62,367 bases of DNA from positions 1 through 62,367 of the forward strand of contig JAEXWS010000033.1 of NCBI GenBank assembly GCA_023406225.1. The letters run 5' to 3'. The position numbers were made by a program, and so were the translations under genes. The notes below the pieces were generated by a model. It ran no database searches. It was not told the origin of the DNA and was given only the letters and a program-made list of their open reading frames with translations. Positions 18,388 to 27,048 of the stretch are shown here, in pieces. This DNA is from Bacillota bacterium. Its GTDB lineage: Bacteria > Bacillota > Clostridia > Oscillospirales > Oscillospiraceae. Each line of letters opens with the position of its first letter. Positions within the stretch are counted from its first letter, which is position 1.

Positions 18388-21300
18388 ATGGAACTGGTGT
18401 CGCTGGGCGCGCCCCAGGCCCGGTATGAAGCGGAGCGGCTGCATCTGGAGAGCTGCCTGGAACATGCGGCGCATTTGAAGCTTTTGGCGGTGGAAGCGCC
18501 CACGCTGTCGCCGCAATCCCGGGTGGCGGAGGCGTGCCTGGGCCGTTTGGGGCCCTGCCTCTCGTTCCGAATGCGGGATGCAAAAGAGCGGGACCGTCTT
18601 GCCCGGGCGCTCGGACGGTTTTGGCGGGAGGCGGAGGAGACGCCGTCCGCGCCGCCCTCGGTCCGGGAGCTGATGGAGCTTCAGCCGGATGGGAACTGCT
18701 TTTTGCTGCTGGACGGGGCGGAACGGCTGACGGCGCCCAGTCCCCTGGGGGACTTTCTGGAGGAGCTGCTGCTCCGTTGCCGGGAGGGGCTCCACATCGT
18801 GCTGCTGGCCCCGTCGCCCATCCCGTTTCTCCGGCAGACCGACGCCCTGCCCCGGGAATCGGCGGCGGTGACGCCGGGGACCATGGTGCTGGACTGGGAC
18901 GGGGCGTCCGCATGTCTCCAAAGCGCCTATCCCGGCCTGCTGGAGAGCGACAGGCGCCTGGTGTTCCAGTGCAGCGGCGGCTGGACCGCCGCCATGGACG
19001 CGGTGGCGGGCCGTTTGGCGGCGGACAGCGGAGAAAACGCCCACCGCACGCCCCAGGACCTTGCCCGGTTCCTTCCGGCGGTGGGCGAGCTGCTGGAGCG
19101 GTGGACGGCGGCGGCCTGGACGCGGGAGACGCTGGATCACCTGGAAAAGGTCTGCGTGTGCACAAAGCTGCCGGAGGAGCTGGCGGAGCGGCTGACAGGG
19201 GAGGGGAGCGCCCTTCTGCGCCGTTTGGCGGCGGAGGGCTTTCCCGTCCGGTCCACGGACGATCTGGAGCCGGTGTACACCCTGAACCCGGTGGTGCAGA
19301 CATGGCTGTACCACCAGACCCGCCGGACGCGGGGCTGGGGGTTTTTGCTGGAGCAGCACCGGATTGCCGCCGCCTTCGGACAGGAGCGGGGCGACTGGGG
19401 CGAGGTGTTTCGCCACCAGCTCCGCCGGGGCTACATCGAGGAGGCGGCGCAGAACTTCCGTTATCTGAGCTTTTCCGAGCTGGACGCATCTTTGCTGGAC
19501 GAGTACAGGGCCTTGCTGCGCAGGCAGTCTCCGGCGGCCATGGACCGCCTGCCCTGGGTCCAGCTTGGCTACGCCGTGGCCATGAAATACCGCCATCCCA
19601 ACATCGCCTTCCGGTGTCTGGACCGGGCGCTGGAGCTGTTTCAGGCCGGCGGGGAGCCGGAGGGCGTGGTGCTGGCCTGCTGCCAGAAGATCAGCATGGG
19701 CTTTTTCGCCACGGAGCAAAAGGGCGTGGTGGAGGACTGCCTGCGCATCCTGGCGGAGGAGAAGTTCGCCGACGGGGAATTGGACCCTCTTCTGGACGGC
19801 TATCGGAAGGTGTTCACCGCCTACGCCGTCCTCCAGCGGGGCACGGAGGCCCGCCGGGCGCTGGAGCTTCTGGAGCAGGCCCGGGAAACCGCCATCATCC
19901 GGGAGGACGTGAACCTGCGGCTGTGGGCCTGCTTCGTCCAGCTCCTGACCTACAGCCAGTCCAGCCGGGACCCCGGCGGCCTGCGGACCGTTCTGGACGA
20001 GTCCATGGAGCTGGTGGAGCGGCCGGAGGTCCAGAAGCCGCTGAAGATGTGCTTTTACCAGACGGCGGCCTTTGTCTGCCACATCGAGGGCGGGCGCTAC
20101 GGCGAGGCCTGCGCCTGCTGCGAGCAGGCGGCCCGCATCGCAGACGCCATCGAGGCCACCGGCTACAGCGTCTATATCAATATGATCCACGCCTACGCCC
20201 TGGACTGCCTGGGGCGGTTCCAACGGGCGGAGCAGGTGATCCTGGAGACGGCCAAGCGCTCCGGCAGCATTTTGAACGTCCGCAGCGAGCACCTGTGGGC
20301 CTACTATCTGATCGGCCAGAGCTACCACTACTTCCTGAAGGGGGACTGGGGACTGGCGCTGGACACGGCGGAAAAGGCCGTGAGCTACGCCGCCCGCTCC
20401 GGCCGGACCTCCTATCTGGCCCGGGGGCTTTTGGTGCTGGGCAACATCCTGGCGGACCACGGAGACTGCGGCCGGGCGGAAGCGCTGGCGGAGCAGTGCC
20501 TGGAGCTTTGCGGCGGTCTGGAGCGGTACCGGTTTTACGCCCTGTCCGCCCGGTTTCTCCTGGCTCAGGTGCTGCGCGCCCAGGGCCGGCGGGAGGCGTT
20601 CGCCGCCTGCATGGCGGTCCTGGTGGAGCAGAGCAAGGCTGCGGGCATCTATCATTACAACTTCGCCAAGCCCGCCGTGATCTGTCAGGTGTTCCGGGAC
20701 TATGCCCCGGAAGAGGCGGACAAGCGGTTTTTGATGCAGCTGGAGGCATATAACACCCTGGAGCAAAAGCCCTCCGGCACGCCGATCCTGGAGGAGCTGC
20801 GGCCCCGCACGCCGCTGGAGGTGTGCATCCTGGGGCCGTTCCGGGTCCTGTCCGGGGACAGGGTTTTGGATCCCTGCGCCTCCGCCCGGGCGGGGCTGCT
20901 CCTGCGTCTGCTGGCTCTCAGCGGCGGGACGGTGAGCGTTCACAGGCTGCTGGAGGCCGTCTGGCCCGACTGGGAGGAGAAGGCGGCCATGAACAACTTC
21001 TACTTCACGCTGTACCAGCTCAGGAGCTATCTGGGCCGGAAGGACGCCGTGACGTACCGCCGGGGCCGGTGCGGCCTGGACGGGGCCGTGGTGACGGTGG
21101 ACGCGGCGCTGTTCCAGACCGTGGCGGACCGGGCCCGGCAGTATCTGGCGGCGGGGGACCTGTACGCCGCCGGGAAGTATTTCGATCAGGCGCTGTCGCT
21201 GTACCGGGGGCCCGTGCTGGACGGGGACGATCTGCCGGAGGACGCCCTGCTCCAGCGGGAGGCGCTGGAGCGGCGCGCGTTTGCCGCCATGCGGGAGTAT

Positions 21301-21570
21301 GGCGCGGCCTGCCTTCGCCGCCGCAGGGCGGACAAGGCGGAGGAGATCCTCTCCCGCGCCCTGAAAAATCCCTTTGCCGACGAGGGCGCCGCCCGGCTGC
21401 TGATGCGGGCCCAATACCTATCCGGCAACAAGAGCGGCGCGCTGGCCACCTATGAGCGGCTTTGCCGCCAGCTTCGCTTGGAGCTGGGCGTGGAGCCTCA
21501 CCGCCTGACAGACGCCCTGGCGGACCGCATTCGGAACAACCAGGAGATCGCGGATTTTCATGAGGAGTGA
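18388..21570 (+). CDS. Large transcriptional regulator: degenerate MalT-like STAND region, TPRs, and C-terminal wHTH/BTAD (SARP-like)
   Basis: N-terminal LLLDG and GGW motifs, helical TPR-like middle, then LGPFRV, LLEAVWPD, LYRGPVL, PFADE..RLLM and LELGVEP (BTAD). Confidence 0.75.
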   Translation: MELVSLGAPQARYEAERLHLESCLEHAAHLKLLAVEAPTLSPQSRVAEACLGRLGPCLSFRMRDAKERDRLARALGRFWREAEETPSAPPSVRELMELQPDGNCFLLLDGAERLTAPSPLGDFLEELLLRCREGLHIVLLAPSPIPFLRQTDALPRESAAVTPGTMVLDWDGASACLQSAYPGLLESDRRLVFQCSGGWTAAMDAVAGRLAADSGENAHRTPQDLARFLPAVGELLERWTAAAWTRETLDHLEKVCVCTKLPEELAERLTGEGSALLRRLAAEGFPVRSTDDLEPVYTLNPVVQTWLYHQTRRTRGWGFLLEQHRIAAAFGQERGDWGEVFRHQLRRGYIEEAAQNFRYLSFSELDASLLDEYRALLRRQSPAAMDRLPWVQLGYAVAMKYRHPNIAFRCLDRALELFQAGGEPEGVVLACCQKISMGFFATEQKGVVEDCLRILAEEKFADGELDPLLDGYRKVFTAYAVLQRGTEARRALELLEQARETAIIREDVNLRLWACFVQLLTYSQSSRDPGGLRTVLDESMELVERPEVQKPLKMCFYQTAAFVCHIEGGRYGEACACCEQAARIADAIEATGYSVYINMIHAYALDCLGRFQRAEQVILETAKRSGSILNVRSEHLWAYYLIGQSYHYFLKGDWGLALDTAEKAVSYAARSGRTSYLARGLLVLGNILADHGDCGRAEALAEQCLELCGGLERYRFYALSARFLLAQVLRAQGRREAFAACMAVLVEQSKAAGIYHYNFAKPAVICQVFRDYAPEEADKRFLMQLEAYNTLEQKPSGTPILEELRPRTPLEVCILGPFRVLSGDRVLDPCASARAGLLLRLLALSGGTVSVHRLLEAVWPDWEEKAAMNNFYFTLYQLRSYLGRKDAVTYRRGRCGLDGAVVTVDAALFQTVADRARQYLAAGDLYAAGKYFDQALSLYRGPVLDGDDLPEDALLQREALERRAFAAMREYGAACLRRRRADKAEEILSRALKNPFADEGAARLLMRAQYLSGNKSGALATYERLCRQLRLELGVEPHRLTDALADRIRNNQEIADFHEE

Positions 21571-21921
21571 CCCATGAAAGCGCTTTGGGAAAAAAGAGGC
21601 CGCCGCATCGGCGGGAAAATCTGATTTGAAGGGGATGGCGGCTGTTAAAGAGACGGCCCGGCGTTCGCCGACGAATATGGACCCGCCTGCTTAAAAGACG
21701 TCGTTACGGCCCCAGGCTCCTGGTGAGGGACTGCGCCGGACGCAACGATCCCGTGGACCCCCGCCGGATTTCAGCGGAACAATGTCCGCTTCGATCAGCC
21801 GGCCCATCTTCGCCTGCGCCGCCGGCGGCGCGCGGTTCCGCATGGGCAGCGCTGGCCGCCGCCTTTGCAGCGTCACGGCCTCTCCCTTCGCCGTATTCGG
21901 CGTATGCCGGGATCATAAGCG

Positions 21922-21965
21922 CAAAACGGCCCCTGCCGCCCATATGGGCGGCAGGGGCCGTTTTG
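21922..21965. terminator. 44-bp perfect palindrome, probable bidirectional terminator
   Basis: CAAAACGGCCCCTGCCGCCCAT|ATGGGCGGCAGGGGCCGTTTTG, lying between convergent genes. Confidence 0.75.
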
Positions 21966-21979
21966 AGAAAAGAGAGCCG

Positions 21980-22360
21980 TCAGGTCTTGGAGGCCCGGTT
22001 CAGCTGAACGGCGGGCGCGGTGCTGGAGAGGATATCCACCACGTAGTTGGGGGCGGCGATGAAGTAGTGAACGTCGTTCTCCCGGCCGCACTCCGCCTCG
22101 TAGGGGCAGCCCCGGAGCTTGAAGAAGGTGTTGCCCCGCATGTAGACCTCATGGTCCGCCGCCAGAGCGGCCAGCCGCTTTTCGGCCCGGGCGGTCTCCG
22201 TGACCCGCACCGCCCCCACGCCGCCGGGAAAGCGGATGGTGAACCGGAATACCTCGTTGGACAGCACCGCGGTCAGCGCGCCGCCCTCGGTGGCGAGTGT
22301 TTCCAGAGAAAATCTGCCGAACATCTCCTTTTCAGGCAGCCAGCAATCCAAAGCGACCAT
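21980..22360 (-). CDS. Hypothetical protein (126 aa)
   Basis: GGAGG 8 nt before the ATG, TATAAT upstream, protein-like composition (HYFIAAPNYVVDILS) and a terminator downstream. Confidence 0.6.
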   Translation of the reverse strand: MVALDCWLPEKEMFGRFSLETLATEGGALTAVLSNEVFRFTIRFPGGVGAVRVTETARAEKRLAALAADHEVYMRGNTFFKLRGCPYEAECGRENDVHYFIAAPNYVVDILSSTAPAVQLNRASKT

Positions 22361-22515
22361 TGGTGATTCCTCCCACATTTCTTTTTTCATTCCGCGCGGA
22401 CGGTTTCCACCCGCGGCTGTTGTTCCGACAGCTTTCATTATATCCGGGAGCCTTTGTCTTTTCTTTGCATTTTCTTTGCCGCCCATTTGCCGCCTGACAA
22501 AAAATGACCGGCGGT

Positions 22516-23907
22516 TTAACCGCCGGTCCGTTCTTGTTTTTCCGCATAGGCCCGCTTGCGGGCGCCTGCCGCGGGGATGTTCAGCTCGCTGCGGTATTTG
22601 GCCACCGTCCGGCGGGAGATCTGAAGTCCCGCGTCCGCCAGCGTCTTGCACAGCGCCTCGTCGGACAGCGGCGCGGCGGGCGGTTCGGCGTCGATCAGGC
22701 GGCGGAGCTGGGCGCGGACGGCGTCCGCCGAGACGGCCTGCCCGTCCCCGGAGGGCAGGGCCGTGGTGAACAGGCTCCGCAAAGGCAGCACCCGGCCGTC
22801 GAACTGGATGTACTTTTCCTTCACGGTGCGGCTGACGGTGGAGATATTCAGCTCCAGGGCGTCGGCCATCTGGCTCATGGTCATGGGCTTCAGGGGCGCG
22901 CCCTCCATGAAATAGCCCTCCTGGAACCGCACGATGGCGGAGAGCAGGCGGAACAGCGTGTCCGCCCGGTTTTCCAGGCTCCCGATCAGGGACTTGGCCT
23001 CGGCCCGCTTCTCCTGGAGATAGGCCTGGGTGTCCGGACGGCCCGCCTCCTTCAGCAGCGCGCAGTAGTCCTGGTTCAGCGCCACCTTGGGCATCAGGCG
23101 CTGGTTCATCTCAATGACCGCCTGCCCCCCCTGGCGGTGGATGGTGGCCTCCGGCACGGCGAAGGGCACGTGGCCCTCGGTGTAAAAGCCCCGGGAGGGC
23201 ACGGGGTTCAGCGAGCGGATGACGTCCGACGCCTGGCGGGCCTCCGCCAAAGGCACGTCCAGCAGCTTGGCCAGGCCCTTCATGTCCCCCTCCGCCAGCA
23301 GCGGCAGGCCGGACTGGACCAGATGGACGTTCACCTCGGTAAACAAGCTGCCCTCCGCCAGCTGCAGCAGCAGGCACTCCGAGAGGTTCCGGGCGCCCAC
23401 GCCCGGCGGGTCCAGCGACTGGACCACGTACAGGGCCTGTTCCATATCGAACAGGGACTGGCCCAGCTCCTCCGCCAGCTCCGCCAGGGGACAGTCCAGA
23501 TACCCGGCGGAGTTCAAACAGCCCACCAGGAACCGGCACCGGGCCAGGGTCTCCTCGTCCAGCAGGCGCATCTGGCCCAGCTGGTCGTTCAAATAATCGG
23601 AAAAGGACGCGGGATGAGAGGTGAACGAGGTGAAGCTCTCCCCGCCTCCGCCCAGGTCCCAGATCATCTGCTCCCGGCGCTCGATGGGCAGAGACTCTCC
23701 CAGGTCCGCGCCGCTGGAATCCACCGCCTCCGGCGGCATTTCGCCCAAGGGCTGCTCCGCCACGTCCAGCAGCGGGTTGGAAAGGGCCGCCTCCGCCACA
23801 TAATCCCGCAGTTCCAGCGCAGACATCTGCAAACAGCGCAAAGACAGCTGCATGGCCTGGGTCAGGACCAACTTTTGGGTTTGTATGAGTTGTTGCTCCA
23901 GTGCCAT
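22516..23907 (-). CDS. rpoN: RNA polymerase sigma-54 factor
   Basis: Q/L-rich region I (LTQAMQLSL..LQ, NPLL), DPPGVGAR.L.ECL.LQ, STVSR, PLSD and the RpoN box SRRTVAKYR. Confidence 0.95.
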   Translation of the reverse strand: MALEQQLIQTQKLVLTQAMQLSLRCLQMSALELRDYVAEAALSNPLLDVAEQPLGEMPPEAVDSSGADLGESLPIERREQMIWDLGGGGESFTSFTSHPASFSDYLNDQLGQMRLLDEETLARCRFLVGCLNSAGYLDCPLAELAEELGQSLFDMEQALYVVQSLDPPGVGARNLSECLLLQLAEGSLFTEVNVHLVQSGLPLLAEGDMKGLAKLLDVPLAEARQASDVIRSLNPVPSRGFYTEGHVPFAVPEATIHRQGGQAVIEMNQRLMPKVALNQDYCALLKEAGRPDTQAYLQEKRAEAKSLIGSLENRADTLFRLLSAIVRFQEGYFMEGAPLKPMTMSQMADALELNISTVSRTVKEKYIQFDGRVLPLRSLFTTALPSGDGQAVSADAVRAQLRRLIDAEPPAAPLSDEALCKTLADAGLQISRRTVAKYRSELNIPAAGARKRAYAEKQERTGG

Positions 23908-24011
23908 TTTCATCCTCCAGCTTTCGGCAAAATTCGCTAAAAATGATGATACCACACAATTGCCGGTTTGAAAAGAGGAAAGTGGGGCCTTCCCGCCGCA
24001 AAAACTTTTTC

Positions 24012-24084
24012 TTGACAAGTATTCTTGTCAGTGTTATTATGTGCATGACAAGAAAACTTGTCAACTTGACGTGGAAAGTTGTCA
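24012..24084 (+). promoter_or_regulatory. Sigma-A promoter with three TGACAAG-N4-CTTGTCA operators
   Basis: TTGACA (24012), 17 bp, TATTAT with an extended TG. Palindromes at 24013-24030 and 24046-24063, degenerate copy at 24067-24084. Confidence 0.8.
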
Positions 24085-24101
24085 AGAAAGGAGGCGGTCG
24101 G

Positions 24102-24320
24102 ATGCCGTTATACAACCGGCTCAAAGAGCAGCGGGCCCGGCTGGGCGTGAACCAGCAGGAGATGGGGGCGCTTGCGGGCGTGTCCCGCCAGACCATCAGC
24201 CAGATCGAGCGGGGGGACTACTCTCCCTCTGTGACCCTGGCGCTGAAGCTGGCAAAGATCTGCGGCGTGGCCGTGGAGGAACTTTTTTCCTATGAGGAGG
24301 AAGAGACGGATGAACGATAA
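24102..24320 (+). CDS. Small XRE/Cro-family HTH regulator
   Basis: Motifs NRLKEQRARLG.NQ, VSRQTISQIERGDYSPS and LALKLA. Confidence 0.9.
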   Translation: MPLYNRLKEQRARLGVNQQEMGALAGVSRQTISQIERGDYSPSVTLALKLAKICGVAVEELFSYEEEETDER

Positions 24321-25056
24321 GGTGAAAAAAGAGAACCGCAGGGCTTTGCCGAAATTTTTTCTGGTCATCGTGCTGGCGGGGATCTTCGGCGGCATGCTGG
24401 GCTTTGGGGCCGGCGTGGCGGGCCGGTCGGGCGCTGCGGAAGCGGCGGCGGCCTGGCTGGAGCAGTTCTGGCGGACGGTGACCCCCTGGGCCATCCCGGT
24501 GAGCTCCGCGGTGCTGCTGGGGGGCGGCTGGCGGCAGTACCGGGCGGCCGGGCGGCTTTTCGCCGCCTGGGACGGCGAGGACGAGACGGCCATCGACGCG
24601 GCGGACGAGAAGCTGAACTGGGCGCTGCTTCTGACCGCGCTGACGCTGATCCTGGACTTTTTCTTTATGGCGGCGTCCCAGGTGTACCGGATGAGGGCGT
24701 CCCTGGCCGTGGTGGGCTGCTTTATCCTCTCCATGGCCGCCGTCACGATCCTGCAGCAAAAGACGGTGGATCTGACGAAGCGCATGAACCCGGAGAAGCG
24801 GGGCAGCGTCTACGACATGAAATTTCAGAAGAAGTGGATGGAGAGCTGCGACGAGGCGGAGCAGAGACAGATCGGCCAGGCGGCCTACCGTGCGTACAGC
24901 GTCACCACCCAGGCGTGCATCGGGATCTGGCTGGCCCTGGTGGTGCTGAGCTTCGTGTTCGATCTGGGCATCCTGCCCGTGTTCGTGGTGACGCTGGTGT
25001 GGGGCATCCAGCAGGTGAGCTACATCCTGGCGTGCATCCGCCTGGGGAAGAGATAG
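24310..25056 (+). CDS. DUF3169-like membrane protein
   Basis: About six TM segments and NPEKRGSVYD.KFQKKW.ESCDEAE. The pairing with a small XRE gene is typical. Confidence 0.7.
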   Translation: MNDKVKKENRRALPKFFLVIVLAGIFGGMLGFGAGVAGRSGAAEAAAAWLEQFWRTVTPWAIPVSSAVLLGGGWRQYRAAGRLFAAWDGEDETAIDAADEKLNWALLLTALTLILDFFFMAASQVYRMRASLAVVGCFILSMAAVTILQQKTVDLTKRMNPEKRGSVYDMKFQKKWMESCDEAEQRQIGQAAYRAYSVTTQACIGIWLALVVLSFVFDLGILPVFVVTLVWGIQQVSYILACIRLGKR

Positions 25057-25058
25057 GG

Positions 25059-25092
25059 CAAAGGCGCTCCGCTTGCAAGCGGAGCGCCTTTG
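25059..25092. terminator. 34-bp perfect palindrome, probable terminator
   Basis: CAAAGGCGCTCCGCTTG|CAAGCGGAGCGCCTTTG. Confidence 0.65.
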
Positions 25093-25130
25093 TGGTATCC
25101 TGAAAGCACTGCGGATGATAGGAGCGGACC

Positions 25131-25979
25131 ATGGATCTGACCCAAAAGAAGCTTTTTTTGCTGGACCTGGACGGCACGCTGTACCTGGAGGAGACCCTTT
25201 TGCCCGGCGCGGCGGAATTTCTCCGCTGGGCGCGGGAGAGCGGCGGCACGGTCCGCTATCTCACCAACAACTCCTCCCGGGGCGTGGACGCGGGGCTGGA
25301 GAAGATGCGCCGTCTGGGCGTGCCCGCCCAGAGGGAGGACTTTCTCACCGCCGTGGAGGCCACGGTCCACTATCTGCGCCAAAACCGCGGGCCGTCGGAG
25401 GTCTACTATGTGGTGGGCACCGCCTCCTTCCGCCGCCAGCTGCGAGAGGCGGGGTTTTCCCTGCGGGAGACGCCCGAAGAGGACGTGACCGCGGTGCTCT
25501 GCTGCTTTGACACGGAGCTGACGTATCAGAAGGTGGAGGACGCCTGCCGCCTTCTGGCCCGGGGCGCGGACTTTCTGGCCACCAATCCGGACTGGGCCTG
25601 CCCCACGCTGTTCGGCTTCCTTCCGGACTGCGGCGCCATCTGCGAAATGATCGGCCGGGCCGCCGGCCGGAGGCCGCTGTTCATCGGCAAGCCGGACCCC
25701 GCCATGATCCGCCTGGCCATGGAGCGGACCGGCCATGGCCCCGGCGAGACGCTGATGGTGGGAGACCGGCTGTACACGGACATCGCCTGCGGCGTGAACG
25801 CCGGGGTGGACACGGTCCTGGTCCTCACCGGAGAGGCCACGGCGGAATCGGCCGCCGCCTCGGACATCCGGCCCTCCCTGGTCTGCCGGGATATGGCGGC
25901 GCTGCTGGAGCGGCTGCAAACAGGGAATGACCGGGCCGATCCCGCGCAAACTACCCTATCGGAAAGAGGAGGCGTTTGA
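25131..25979 (+). CDS. HAD-IIA (NagD-like) phosphatase
   Basis: Motifs DLDGTLY, LTNNSS, ATNPD, IGKP and MVGDRLYTDI. Confidence 0.9.
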   Translation: MDLTQKKLFLLDLDGTLYLEETLLPGAAEFLRWARESGGTVRYLTNNSSRGVDAGLEKMRRLGVPAQREDFLTAVEATVHYLRQNRGPSEVYYVVGTASFRRQLREAGFSLRETPEEDVTAVLCCFDTELTYQKVEDACRLLARGADFLATNPDWACPTLFGFLPDCGAICEMIGRAAGRRPLFIGKPDPAMIRLAMERTGHGPGETLMVGDRLYTDIACGVNAGVDTVLVLTGEATAESAAASDIRPSLVCRDMAALLERLQTGNDRADPAQTTLSERGGV

Positions 25980-26891
25980 TTGAAAAAAACAGACAAGAAA
26001 GACCGGAAACGGTTGAAGAAGCAGGAAAAAAAGAGCTTTCGCCAGGCCATGGACCGGGAGCTGCGGGAGCACAAAAGCTCTTTTATCGTCTTTTATATCC
26101 TTAGGCTTTTGGTGATCGTGGTGCTGGTGCGCCAGATCATGCTGCGCAGCTACGAGAGCGCCTTCTTCTGCATTTTGGCGCTGCTCCTGCTCTACGTGCC
26201 CAGCTGGCTCCAGGTGAAGCTGCGCATCGAGCTGCCCCCGGCGCTGGAGATCACCATCCTGTGCTTCATCTTCGCGGCGGAGATCCTGGGCGAAGTGAAC
26301 GCGTTTTACGTGGTGGTGCCCAACTGGGACACCATGCTCCACACCATCAACGGCTTTTTGGCGGCGGCGGTGGGCTTTTCCCTCATCCTGCTGCTCAACG
26401 ACGACGAGCGGCTGACCTTCGACCTCTCCCCGGTCTTTTTGGCCATCGTGGCCTTTTGCTTCTCCATGACCATCGGCGTGCTGTGGGAGTTTTTCGAATT
26501 CGGCATGGACTGGTTTTTCCACACGGACATGCAGAAAGACACGGTGATAAACGCCATCTACACCGTGGCCCTGGACACCACCCGCTCCAACCGGGTGGTG
26601 GCGGTGCGGGGCATCCAGGACGTGGTCGTTAACGGCGAGAGCCTGGGCCTGGGCGGCTATCTGGATATCGGCCTTATCGACACCATGAAGGACCTGTTCG
26701 TGAACTTCATCGGCGCGGCAGTGTTCTCCGTCACTGGCTTTTTCTATGCCAAAAGCAAGGGCAGGCGCAAGACGGCGGCCCAGAGCTTCGTCCCCAGCAA
26801 GAAAACGGCGGAGCAGGATTATCTGGAGCAGGCGCTGCAGGAGAATCTGGCGGAGCCTCCGGTGGAGGAGAAGCCGGAAGAGGAAGCGTAA
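25980..26891 (+). CDS. Conserved membrane protein of unknown function
   Basis: TTG start after GAGGAGG. Multiple TM segments with WDTMLH, VLWEFFEF and DTMKDL, a possible intramembrane metal site. Confidence 0.7.
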   Translation: MKKTDKKDRKRLKKQEKKSFRQAMDRELREHKSSFIVFYILRLLVIVVLVRQIMLRSYESAFFCILALLLLYVPSWLQVKLRIELPPALEITILCFIFAAEILGEVNAFYVVVPNWDTMLHTINGFLAAAVGFSLILLLNDDERLTFDLSPVFLAIVAFCFSMTIGVLWEFFEFGMDWFFHTDMQKDTVINAIYTVALDTTRSNRVVAVRGIQDVVVNGESLGLGGYLDIGLIDTMKDLFVNFIGAAVFSVTGFFYAKSKGRRKTAAQSFVPSKKTAEQDYLEQALQENLAEPPVEEKPEEEA

Positions 26892-27048
26892 AAAATGGGA
26901 CCGGCCCGCCTGGGCCGGTCCCGTTTCATGTCCGGAGCGCGTCCCGGACTAAAAAGAAGGCCTGCCGGCGGCGGCCGGCAGGCCTGAAATGTCACAGCGT
27001 CCCTTTCGGGGCGGGACAGGTTCCTTAAAAGGGGGGCGGACGCTGTTT

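Noticed and set aside
8236..21414. Long antisense ORFs (for example 8236-10737 and 18364-21414; also 42530-45511)
   Set aside because: Shadow frames of real genes caused by high GC at third codon positions; no motifs.
21691..21876. 61-aa minus-strand ORF with a purine-rich RBS-like sequence
   Set aside because: Low-complexity Arg/Pro/Ala sequence with no family I recognise. It may be a gene remnant but I cannot support it.
22465..22481. Possible sigma-54 promoter CGGCAAAGAAAATGCA on the minus strand
   Set aside because: It has GG-N10-GC spacing but fits TGGCAC-N5-TTGC poorly, and the 11-bp repeat array explains it better.
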